Positions 1 to 7,530 of a stretch of 14,092 nucleotides of DNA are shown here, one piece after another. The position numbers and the translations under genes were made by a program. The stretch comes from Myxococcota bacterium (lineage in GTDB: Bacteria; Myxococcota; JACRCW01): the NCBI GenBank assembly GCA_040752415.1, contig JBFMGU010000271.1:1-14092 (forward strand), written 5' to 3'. How positions within the stretch are numbered: position 1 is the stretch's first letter; each line of letters opens with the position of its first letter. The notes beneath the pieces are model-generated. The model saw only the letters and a list, made by a program, of their open reading frames with translations. It had not been told where the DNA came from and ran no database searches.

Positions 1-94
1 GCCGGTGTTTCCGGTGGGCGGGGCGCGGCACAAGACCTCATTGGGCCCGTGCCGCCTACTGTGCGCGTTGGATCAAACCAGGCGGCACATCTAC

Positions 95-161
95 GCCTCC
101 CCACACCGTGGGGGAGGCCCGCCGCCTCGACGAGAAATCGGTGAAACCGGAAGGCGGCGGG
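95..161. repeat. Two adjacent GC-rich inverted repeats downstream of the ceramidase gene (possible terminator, RNA stabiliser or REP-like element)
   Basis: GCCTCCCC (95-102) pairs with GGGGAGGC (111-118). CCCGCCGCCT (118-127) pairs with AGGCGGCGGG (152-161). There is no U-tract on either strand, so the function is unclear. Confidence 0.4.
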
Positions 162-203
162 GTGGGGGGGCCGACCCTGCGCTCCCCCGAGCCACCACCA
201 TCG

Positions 204-2927
204 CTACAAATCCACCGTGGCGCTCCACGTCCCCACGTTCCCATGCACGTCGGTGACGGTGACATCCACCACGTAGCTCCCACTCGGCACCGTCTGCGGC
301 ACGTTCACTTCCCAGCGCGTGGCGTTCCCCTCCGTCGTCAGCGTGACCTCGTTCACCTCCGCCACCACGTTCGCATCCTGGATGAACCGCACCACCACGC
401 CGTTGGTCTCGAGGTCGACGTCGATCTCCAACGGCCCGGGCTGGTCCACCGGCACCGAGGGATGACGCATCCGGAAGTTCCCGTTGACTGCGCCGGGGTC
501 ATCCACGCGTCGTGAGAACTGCAGCGTGGTGCCCGCGGGATACGCCACCGTCCCGCGCAGCGTGTTCCCATCCAGCGCCGCCGTCACGTCCATCTCCGTT
601 CCCACCAGCGCGAACGTGCGACTGGTCACCGTGTACTCCTTGCGCCCGCCCTCCCCCGCCGTCTGCTGGAAGTGCCCCACCACGCGCAGCCGGTAGTTCC
701 CCGTCTGGAAATCCTTCAGCTCCTCCCAGCGCGTCACCCATTGCCAATCCTCGTCGCGCTTGCGCACGCGCGTCATGAACCGGCTGGCGCGATTGTCATA
801 CGGCAAAGCACTGGGCAGCATCACCGACGAGAACGAGCCATCCGGGTTCTCGCGCTCCAGCGTCACCAGCGGTGTCTGCGGCGCTTCCGCGTTGGGGTCT
901 CCCCCTACCCACGCAAACTCCACCACCTGCAGCCGCGCCACCGTCTCGGGCAGCTCGGTGATCACGGTACCGACGCGCGTCGGGTCGGAGAGGTCCGTGG
1001 GAAACGGCTCCTCCTCGATCAACGAGTACGCCAGCGGCGCCGCCTCCGTGTGCGGGAGCTGCGCGTTGCGGTCCACCAGGCGCGCATACGCCGCCACTGC
1101 TTTCTCGACGAGATAGTCCCCCGAGCGCTCCCCCCAGTGCACCAGCGACGACTCGTAATCCCCGCGCAGGTAGCTGAACGCATACTCCGGGTACTCTCCC
1201 GGCGCCTTCTCCAATGACACACCGGGGAACGGCGGCATGCGCCCTCCCAGCTTGTTGGGCAGCAGATAGAGCTGGTGGTCCTGCGAGTATCCCCACGTCC
1301 ACGCCTTGAGCGGGTCCACGCCGTGACGGTCCTGCAGCTCACGCAGCACCTGCCAGGACAGCTCCATGGACAGCTCCCCCGGCATGGTGACGACGGTGAC
1401 ATCACCCAGCTTCAGCGCGGTGATCTGGGAGCGCATCAAGAGCGTGGGCGGCCGGTTGAACAGCAACGTGTGCACGCCAAAGCAGTTCCGCTCGTCGGGA
1501 GCGAGGTAGTCGGAGTAGTCCGAGGCACCTTCCCAGTTCCCGAAGCAGTTCACGCCGCCGTAGTAGAACTCTCCGCCAAAGGGCAGGTCCGCCTCGCCAA
1601 ACCACTCCTTCGGCTGGTAGCCCAGGAGCTCGTAGGTGATGGGGAAGCGCGTGGTGCGGCTGTCCAGCGCAACGTCCGCGCTCGTCGTCATGGTGGTGAG
1701 CGGCTCCATCACCCGCTGCGCAAAGGCAATCCCCATGCGCTCAAAGCTCTGCGGCACGCCGTGTCCCACGCCGGAGGGCGCCATGGTCCCGCTGTTCTGG
1801 TTCACGTACATCCCGAACACCGTGCGCCCATACTGCTGCGACATCGCCGCCTCGATGCCCTGCTCCGCGCCCGCGAGCACGTCGCCGGTGACGTAGTCGG
1901 AGCCGTTGTCCGTGCCGTGCATGCCAAAGCTGAACAGCACCACGCGCGGTCCGGTGGCGTCGTCCACGCGGATGAGCAGGACGCGGTTGTCGTCAAACGG
2001 CGGGGTCGCACCGCGGCGGTCGTGGGCCACCGCGTCGTCGACGTCGAAGCTCTCCACGATCTGCACCCCGACCCGCGCGTCCCAGGTGTCGTGGATGGCG
2101 GCCAGCGCGGCGCGCGCGGCGGAGCGGATGAGTCGCTGGTAGATCTGCTGGCTGTAGTCGCCAATGCCGAAGAGGCCGAGCGGCAGCACCGTCTCCGCCG
2201 TGATGGGCCACAATCTTCCCGGCGCGCTGTGCGTGTGGGTGGCGTTGACGACGAGCTGGTCACGCCAGTCCCGACCGGTCTCCTCCTCGAGGATGCGCGC
2301 CACCGCTTCGTGGAAGGACATGTCGATGAAGATGAGCGGCAGCCGGATGATGAGCAGCGGGTGCTCGCCGTTGTCGAGGAGCAACGCGCGCGCCTCCAGC
2401 ACATCCATCTGTCCCACGCTGGCGCTCAGCCCACCGCCGTAGCGCGTCTCCGACCCGTCGACACGCGTGCTGAATCCACCCAGCGGCACGCCGGTGGGGA
2501 AATCCAGCGGCTCCCGTCCCAGGCCAGCCTTCAACGCCCGTCGCGTCCCCTCGCCCGGCTTGGGCGCGCTGGACGGGGTGTGCGGCCGGCACATGCCGTA
2601 GTCGGTGCACACCCTGCCGGCGCCGCATTCCTCGTCCAGGTTGCACATCACCTGGCACTTCTCTTCCACGCACGCGGCGCGTCGACCGAATCCCGGCTGC
2701 AGCTCCTCCAGCCACTCCACGCACAACGGCCAGTCATTGCCATCAATGCACGGCAGCGCGGGTTGGCATGTTCCCGAAGCGCACACCTCGTCGGGGCCAC
2801 AGCCGGCCTGCAGGGTGCATTGCGCGGTGGTGGTTCCGCCGTCGTTGGTTCCGCCCGTCGGGGAACACGCCATCACCGAAGGGAGGAGCGCCAGGAAGGG
2901 AAGCGCGAATCGCAGCGTTCTGACCAT
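204..2927 (-). CDS. Neutral/alkaline (non-lysosomal) ceramidase family lipoprotein with Cys-rich N-terminal repeats, 907 aa
   Basis: I moved the start from 3179 to ATG 2927, which gives the signal peptide MVRTLRFALPFLALLPSVMA-C (lipobox VMAC). Family motifs: PLGGF, ARALLL, NATHTHSAPG (HTHS at 2226-2237), MHGT, MPGELS, GYSQDH..Y and YESS. The C-terminal Ig-like region reads FAWVGGDP...GNYRLRVVGH. Stop is TAG at 204-206. Confidence 0.8.
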   Translation of the reverse strand: MVRTLRFALPFLALLPSVMACSPTGGTNDGGTTTAQCTLQAGCGPDEVCASGTCQPALPCIDGNDWPLCVEWLEELQPGFGRRAACVEEKCQVMCNLDEECGAGRVCTDYGMCRPHTPSSAPKPGEGTRRALKAGLGREPLDFPTGVPLGGFSTRVDGSETRYGGGLSASVGQMDVLEARALLLDNGEHPLLIIRLPLIFIDMSFHEAVARILEEETGRDWRDQLVVNATHTHSAPGRLWPITAETVLPLGLFGIGDYSQQIYQRLIRSAARAALAAIHDTWDARVGVQIVESFDVDDAVAHDRRGATPPFDDNRVLLIRVDDATGPRVVLFSFGMHGTDNGSDYVTGDVLAGAEQGIEAAMSQQYGRTVFGMYVNQNSGTMAPSGVGHGVPQSFERMGIAFAQRVMEPLTTMTTSADVALDSRTTRFPITYELLGYQPKEWFGEADLPFGGEFYYGGVNCFGNWEGASDYSDYLAPDERNCFGVHTLLFNRPPTLLMRSQITALKLGDVTVVTMPGELSMELSWQVLRELQDRHGVDPLKAWTWGYSQDHQLYLLPNKLGGRMPPFPGVSLEKAPGEYPEYAFSYLRGDYESSLVHWGERSGDYLVEKAVAAYARLVDRNAQLPHTEAAPLAYSLIEEEPFPTDLSDPTRVGTVITELPETVARLQVVEFAWVGGDPNAEAPQTPLVTLERENPDGSFSSVMLPSALPYDNRASRFMTRVRKRDEDWQWVTRWEELKDFQTGNYRLRVVGHFQQTAGEGGRKEYTVTSRTFALVGTEMDVTAALDGNTLRGTVAYPAGTTLQFSRRVDDPGAVNGNFRMRHPSVPVDQPGPLEIDVDLETNGVVVRFIQDANVVAEVNEVTLTTEGNATRWEVNVPQTVPSGSYVVDVTVTDVHGNVGTWSATVDL

Positions 2928-2933
2928 GTCGAC

Positions 2934-2942
2934 GATGTAGCA
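2934..2942 (-). promoter_or_regulatory. Possible extended -10 element for a leaderless ceramidase transcript
   Basis: The minus strand reads TG-C-TACATC-N6-ATG. There is no properly spaced SD (GGAGG is about 18 nt upstream). The last -10 position is not T, so the match is weak. Confidence 0.25.
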
Positions 2943-3063
2943 CACCTCCGCCCACCCTCGTCCGGATGACCGACGTTGTCCTGACCGAGTCGTCCGATGG
3001 GCTGATGGGTCGCGGTCATGGTGACGCCCTAGCAATGCGCTTCCTGGTTTTCGCGGAGTGCCG

Positions 3064-4545
3064 GTGCGTCGTCGTCTGCTTGCCGTCTTCACCTCGCTGT
3101 CGTGCCTCACCGCGTGCGGCGACGCCGCCTTCCTCCCCGCCTCCGACGAGGACCTCGCCGTCATCTGGGAGCACACCACCTGGCGCCCGCCGGTGAACGC
3201 GCAGATCGACGTCGAGCAGGCCCCGCCCAGCCGCCTGGCGCGCTACGCGCTCAGCACCAACGTGGGCGAGGTGAAGGTCATCGAAGGCGACGACACCAAC
3301 GTCTCCACGGTGGGCAGCGGCTACGGCCTGCGCATGGACCAGGGGCGCCAGGACCTTGCGCGCATCAGCACCCAGGTCATCGACGAGGAAGGGGACCACT
3401 TCGACTTCATCGTCGTGTTTCCCACCTTCCAGGACGGGATGAACGCGGGCTTCGCCTACTTCACGTTGCTGCGCAATGACGTGCAGGGCATTGGCCTGGG
3501 CCAGCTCGACGCGAGCCACGCCTTCGGGAGCCAGGGGCGGCTCCAGGGCATGCTGAACATGAACCGGCCCGCGGCGTACACGGATCTGGACGGCCGCAGC
3601 ATCGACAACGCGCAGAGCGTGATCCACCCCGTCATGGGGCAGGAGATGAGCCACCGCTGGCTGAGCCACGCGCGGGTGCGCAAAACCGGCTTCAACGGCG
3701 GTCAAGCCTCCGACGCCACGCTGGGCCGAGACCGCGCGCACTGGTCGGCGTTGATGCACACCGGTCCTTCGTCGGGTCCCATCTCGGTGAGCGTGCAGGA
3801 CGGTGTGGCCTGGCGCGACAACGGCAACGGCACCTTCACCGCCCTGGAGGTCTTCAACGACACGCAGCGCGGAGTATCCCTGCGCTCGCGCTTCTCCACG
3901 CTGGACCTCTACCTCATGGGCTTCCTCTCCTCCGACGAGGTGGACCCGTTCTTCCTCATCACCAACGCCACCCACGGGAACCAGTCCGTGGGTGCCACCA
4001 CGCAGCTCACGCAGGGCATCACCATCTCCGGCACGCGGGTGGGCTTCACGGTCGACGACGTGATTGCCGCGGAGGGATGGCGCGTTCCCTCGGTGGCGTC
4101 GTCACCCAAGCGGTTCAACGTGGCCATGGTGGTGCTGACCCAGCCGGGCCAGTCCGCCTCCGACGTCGCCGAGCTGGTGGCGCAGGTGAACGGTTTCCGT
4201 ACGCAGTGGGAGCAGCGCTTCAGCGAGTGGACCGGCGGCGTGGCCAGCGTGTGCACCCGCCTCAACGGGTGCGATGACGGCGGCGGCGGAACCGGGGGTT
4301 CCACGTCGTCATCTTCGTCGTCGGGTGGGAGCACGGGGAACACCAGCGGCGGCACGGGCGGCGCCAGCGTTCCCCCGGGCACCACGCAGCCCCCCGAACC
4401 GGACCGCGACAACGGCTGCTCGTGCGGGCCCAACTCCGCGCCCGGCGCGGACACGATGCTGGTGGTGTCAATCCTGTGGCTGGTGCGCCGTCGCTCGTCG
4501 TCACGGAAGCTTCAACGCCGCGGGATCGCCCTCCACCAGCAGTGA
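3064..4545 (+). CDS. Exported lipoprotein with zinc-metallopeptidase-like domain (QExxH variant), Gly/Ser linker and MYXO-CTERM-like sorting tail
   Basis: GTG 3064 lies 5 nt after GGAG (3055-3058); GTG 3058 is an alternative start. Signal peptide MRRRLLAVFTSLSCLTA-C (lipobox LTAC). Motifs: FDFIVVF, GQEMSHRW (3637-3660), AHWS and FSTLDLYLMG. A G/S/T-rich linker is followed by GCSC-spacer-MLVVSILWLV-RRR. Confidence 0.75.
   Translation: MRRRLLAVFTSLSCLTACGDAAFLPASDEDLAVIWEHTTWRPPVNAQIDVEQAPPSRLARYALSTNVGEVKVIEGDDTNVSTVGSGYGLRMDQGRQDLARISTQVIDEEGDHFDFIVVFPTFQDGMNAGFAYFTLLRNDVQGIGLGQLDASHAFGSQGRLQGMLNMNRPAAYTDLDGRSIDNAQSVIHPVMGQEMSHRWLSHARVRKTGFNGGQASDATLGRDRAHWSALMHTGPSSGPISVSVQDGVAWRDNGNGTFTALEVFNDTQRGVSLRSRFSTLDLYLMGFLSSDEVDPFFLITNATHGNQSVGATTQLTQGITISGTRVGFTVDDVIAAEGWRVPSVASSPKRFNVAMVVLTQPGQSASDVAELVAQVNGFRTQWEQRFSEWTGGVASVCTRLNGCDDGGGGTGGSTSSSSSSGGSTGNTSGGTGGASVPPGTTQPPEPDRDNGCSCGPNSAPGADTMLVVSILWLVRRRSSSRKLQRRGIALHQQ
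4279..4368 (+). repeat. Low-complexity Gly/Ser/Thr linker coding region
   Basis: Encodes GGGGTGGSTSSSSSSGGSTGNTSGGTGGAS between the globular domain and the C-terminal tail. Confidence 0.7.
4414..4494 (+). other. MYXO-CTERM-like C-terminal sorting signal
   Basis: GCSC, a small/Pro-rich spacer (GPNSAPGADT), a hydrophobic stretch (MLVVSILWLV) and RRR match the tripartite layout of the myxobacterial MYXO-CTERM motif. Confidence 0.7.
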
Positions 4546-6372
4546 GCCGCGACCACATCCGGGGTGCGTCTCGTCGAGAACGCGGAACATGATCACGCGG
4601 AGCTCATCTCCGTCGGAGAAGCGCGACGCCATGGCGTCGGGAACAAGCACCTCTTCCTCCGCCGCGGCCTGCTGCGTGCAGTGGTAGAGGATGTGCGAAA
4701 GCCCCTCGCCATGAACCGCCACCAGCGAATACCGACGAGGCATCCCGGGTCCCGTCTCCACCACGACCACCGCCTGCCCCGTGGGACCCACCGTCACCGT
4801 CGCGCGCGGCAACGCCCCCAGCGACGCGCCGATCACCGGTCCGTGACGCTGCAGCCTCCGGGATGAGAACCGCGCCAGCTGCGTGAGGAAGAACCGATCC
4901 AACACGCCCACGCGCTGCAGCAACCCCTCTTCAACCTCGAGAGCCTCCTCCAGCCTGCCCAGTCGGAAGAGCACCGTGGCGTGCGTGTCCTTGATGCCGT
5001 CGGTCTCCACGTCGAGGATGCGCGCCTGGCGCACCCAGGTCTCCGCGCGCTCCAGGAACTCCTGGTCCGCGCCGGGGTCCGTGGCCGCAACCCACGCCGC
5101 ACTGTTGAGCACGTAGGCGTTGTGCGGGAACTTCTCCGCCGCGTCGTCGGCAACACGGCGCAGGTCCTGCTGGTGCGCGCGCGGATGCTGGAACGCCAGC
5201 AGTCCCGCCGCCGCCGTCAGCCCCACCAGGATGGAAGCGGTGGCATGCGCCAGGCCCATCTCCGCCCGGGAGAACAGCGCCGCGCTGCCCACCCCGGCGA
5301 GGAAACCGGCGCCGTGCGCGAAGTGGTCCACCCGGAGCCCGTCTGGCCCCTGCAGGAACAGGTCGACCACGCTGACGACGGCAAACAGCACCAGCCAGCG
5401 CCGCGCCAGCACGCCGTGACGGACGGGGATATCCGGATGGTCGCGGAACACCAGGTAGGCCAGCGCGCCCACCAACCCGTAGACGCATCCCGAGCTGCCC
5501 AGCGTGTACACCGCGCTGTTCAACGTCGAGCCCAGCGACGCCACGATGTTGGTGAGCGCGAAGATGGCAATCAGCTCCCCGCGGTCCCGCATCTTCTCCA
5601 GGCTGCGCCCGACGAGGATCATCAACACGATGTTCGCGAAGAGATGCGCCTGGTTGACGTGGAGGAATCCCGCCACCGGGAGCCGCCACCACTCGCCGGC
5701 GAGCACCAGCGTGCGCGCGTTGGCGCCAATGGTGACGTGCGCGAACGCTTCTCCCTCGGGCGCGGGGACGGCGTAGAAGACGAGGACGTTGATGACCGCC
5801 AGCCACAGCGTCATCACCGGCCAGCGCAACTCCGCATCCAGCGCATGACGCGCGGTGTGCTCGAACCTCCGCACCTTCTCCGCGCCGCCGGGCAGCATGC
5901 GCAGACGTCGCCACACCGCGGCACGTAGTCGCGCACACCCGTCGTGACCCAGGACCTCGCGCGGATACACGTAGATGCGTCGCGGCCCCACGATCACCAG
6001 GCGCCCCCGACGTGGCTCGTCGAGAGCGCGCAGCGCCTGCAGCGGAATCACGTCCACCTTCCGGCTGTCCGCGGAGCGCGGCAAGGTGATCGTGGTGGCG
6101 TCGACAACGATGTCGCGCTGCGGTTTCCGACGTCGTCCCAGCACCACCAGCCACGGAATCAGCACCGTGACGAGCTCAAAGGCGGCAATCACCCCCAGCT
6201 CCACCTGCATGGAACCGGGATCCAGCGGCCACACCACGGTCAGCCAGAGCACAAGCCACAGCGTGCCGAGCAGCCATGGAATATGCATGCTCCCCGTGCG
6301 CCAGATGCTCGCCCTGCGCAGTAGGAACGTTTCGGGCGGGTCGACTTCCGTCATCTCCGATGCCGCCGACAT
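4501..6372 (-). CDS. Rhomboid family intramembrane serine protease with N-terminal TM/soluble extension and C-terminal TPR region, 623 aa
   Basis: Motifs: GEWWRL, FLHVNQAHLFAN (HxxxxHxxxN), catalytic GSSG (5488-5499) and HFAHGAGFLAG (His at 5314-5316). TPR-like segment: NAYVLNSAAWVAAT...DTHATVLFRLGRLEEAL. I chose ATG 6372 because an extended -10 lies 6 nt upstream; the ORF-track start at 6435 would leave no intergenic space. Confidence 0.88.
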   Translation of the reverse strand: MSAASEMTEVDPPETFLLRRASIWRTGSMHIPWLLGTLWLVLWLTVVWPLDPGSMQVELGVIAAFELVTVLIPWLVVLGRRRKPQRDIVVDATTITLPRSADSRKVDVIPLQALRALDEPRRGRLVIVGPRRIYVYPREVLGHDGCARLRAAVWRRLRMLPGGAEKVRRFEHTARHALDAELRWPVMTLWLAVINVLVFYAVPAPEGEAFAHVTIGANARTLVLAGEWWRLPVAGFLHVNQAHLFANIVLMILVGRSLEKMRDRGELIAIFALTNIVASLGSTLNSAVYTLGSSGCVYGLVGALAYLVFRDHPDIPVRHGVLARRWLVLFAVVSVVDLFLQGPDGLRVDHFAHGAGFLAGVGSAALFSRAEMGLAHATASILVGLTAAAGLLAFQHPRAHQQDLRRVADDAAEKFPHNAYVLNSAAWVAATDPGADQEFLERAETWVRQARILDVETDGIKDTHATVLFRLGRLEEALEVEEGLLQRVGVLDRFFLTQLARFSSRRLQRHGPVIGASLGALPRATVTVGPTGQAVVVVETGPGMPRRYSLVAVHGEGLSHILYHCTQQAAAEEEVLVPDAMASRFSDGDELRVIMFRVLDETHPGCGRGSLLVEGDPAALKLP

Positions 6373-6378
6373 GAACGG

Positions 6379-6387
6379 AGAATACCA
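6379..6387 (-). promoter_or_regulatory. Extended -10 promoter (TGgTATTCT), probably a leaderless rhomboid mRNA
   Basis: The minus strand reads TG-G-TATTCT-CCGTTC-ATG, i.e. TGn plus TAnnnT 6 nt before the ATG, with no SD. Confidence 0.5.
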
Positions 6388-6416
6388 GCTATCGCGCCCA
6401 CCTGCTTCAGGCTTGC

Positions 6417-6425
6417 TGCTAATGT
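6417..6425 (+). promoter_or_regulatory. Extended -10 promoter (TGcTAATGT) for the CsgG-like operon
   Basis: TG-C-TAATGT lies 10 nt before ATG 6436, with no SD in between (CCCATCCCAC). Confidence 0.4.
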
Positions 6426-6435
6426 CCCATCCCAC

Positions 6436-7530
6436 ATGCTCGCTGTCGCCCTGACCACGCTGTTGTGTGCCGCGTCACCGAAGCTCCTCGTCCTTCCCAT
6501 CGAGCCGCGCGGCGGCGTCGACCGTGTGCTCGCCGAGAACCTGACGGCTTCGCTCGTCGACCAGCTCCGGCAGCTCGGTCGCTTCCAGGTCACCGCGTTG
6601 CGCGACGTGGAGCAGGCGCTCGGAGTGGAGCAACGTCGTCAGCTCGCACAGTGTGACGGTCCCAGTTGCATTGCGGAGGTGGCAGGAGCCCTCAACGTTG
6701 ATGAGCTGGTGCATGGGACGCTGGGCCGCATCGGTGAGGAGTATGTCCTCAGCATGACGCGCGTCCGTGCCCGTGACGCCGTGGCTCTCGGCGCTGCGTC
6801 CCGTCGTCTCCCCGTGCACCGGGAAGCCGCGCTCCTCGACGCGTTGCCCGGAATGGTCACCGAGCTTGCGCCGTTGAAGACCACGGCCTCGCCGTCGGTG
6901 GCACTGACTCCGGCCTCCGTCCGCTCCGCGCCGTTCATCCGCATCGCCGTGCTGCCCTTCGACAACACCTCGAAGAGCGGCGAGCTCGAGCCGCTGCGCA
7001 AGGGCCTGGCGGATATGCTCATCACCGACCTCAAGCAGAGCGCGCGCGTGCAGCTCGTCGAGCGGGAGCGCCTCCAGGAGGTCATGCACGAGCTCAAGCT
7101 GCAGCAGTCCGACGTGGTGGATGTCCGCACCGCGCAGCGCCTGGGTCGCATCCTGGGCGTGGAATACCTGGTGATGGGGTCCTTCCTCGAGGTGCTCGGC
7201 CAGTTCCGCCTGGATGCGCGCCTGGTGCGCGTGGAGACCGCGGAGATCGTGGCGGCCGAAGGCGTGGCGGGAAGGAAGGAGGACTTCATGACGCTGGAGC
7301 GCCAGCTCGTCGTGCGCATGCTCGGTCGGCTGGAGGTTCCCGTCACGCCGCAGGAAGAGCAGCTGCTGGCCCAGGGACACTCCGGCACGCTCGCCGACGC
7401 GGTGACCTACGGCCAGGCGCTGGACGCGAAGGACCGGGGTGACGTCGTCACCGCGCGGGCGAAGGCGACGTCCATTGCGGGGCGCGTGGCTCCGGCGGAA
7501 GCGTTCCTGCGCAAGGTGGAGCCGCGATGA
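6436..7530 (+). CDS. Exported protein with two tandem TolB-N/CsgG-HfaB-like alpha/beta domains, 364 aa
   Basis: Short hydrophobic signal MLAVALTTLLCAA. Domain 1: LLVLPIE...QCDGPSCIAEVAGALNVDELVHGTLGRIG (CxxxxC type). Domain 2: IAVLPFDN...GLADMLITDL...LVERERLQEVMHELKLQQS...AQRLGRILGVEYLVMGSF...LDARLVRVETAEIV, typical of CsgG/HfaB/FlgO-like domains. Confidence 0.75.
   Translation: MLAVALTTLLCAASPKLLVLPIEPRGGVDRVLAENLTASLVDQLRQLGRFQVTALRDVEQALGVEQRRQLAQCDGPSCIAEVAGALNVDELVHGTLGRIGEEYVLSMTRVRARDAVALGAASRRLPVHREAALLDALPGMVTELAPLKTTASPSVALTPASVRSAPFIRIAVLPFDNTSKSGELEPLRKGLADMLITDLKQSARVQLVERERLQEVMHELKLQQSDVVDVRTAQRLGRILGVEYLVMGSFLEVLGQFRLDARLVRVETAEIVAAEGVAGRKEDFMTLERQLVVRMLGRLEVPVTPQEEQLLAQGHSGTLADAVTYGQALDAKDRGDVVTARAKATSIAGRVAPAEAFLRKVEPR

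Noticed and set aside
126..148. CTCGACGAG...GAAAC resembling a hammerhead ribozyme core
   Set aside because: The required CUGANGA is not intact and stem II cannot form in the proper register.
170..200. CCACCA end suggesting a tRNA or tmRNA 3' terminus
   Set aside because: There is no T-loop (TTCGA) and no acceptor stem or cloverleaf.
1275..2969. 564 aa plus-strand ORF, and other long alternative ORFs such as 3016-3975, 4931-6154, 4981-5928, 6475-7590, 7407-8933, 9288-10979, 12639-13847 and 12749-13654
   Set aside because: They are antisense or off-frame shadows of well-supported genes. Stop codons are rare in GC-rich DNA, and the translations have biased composition with no motifs.
2928..3179. 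N-terminal 84 aa extension of the ceramidase ORF in the ORF track
   Set aside because: It overlaps the divergent gene and would bury the lipoprotein signal peptide that begins at ATG 2927.
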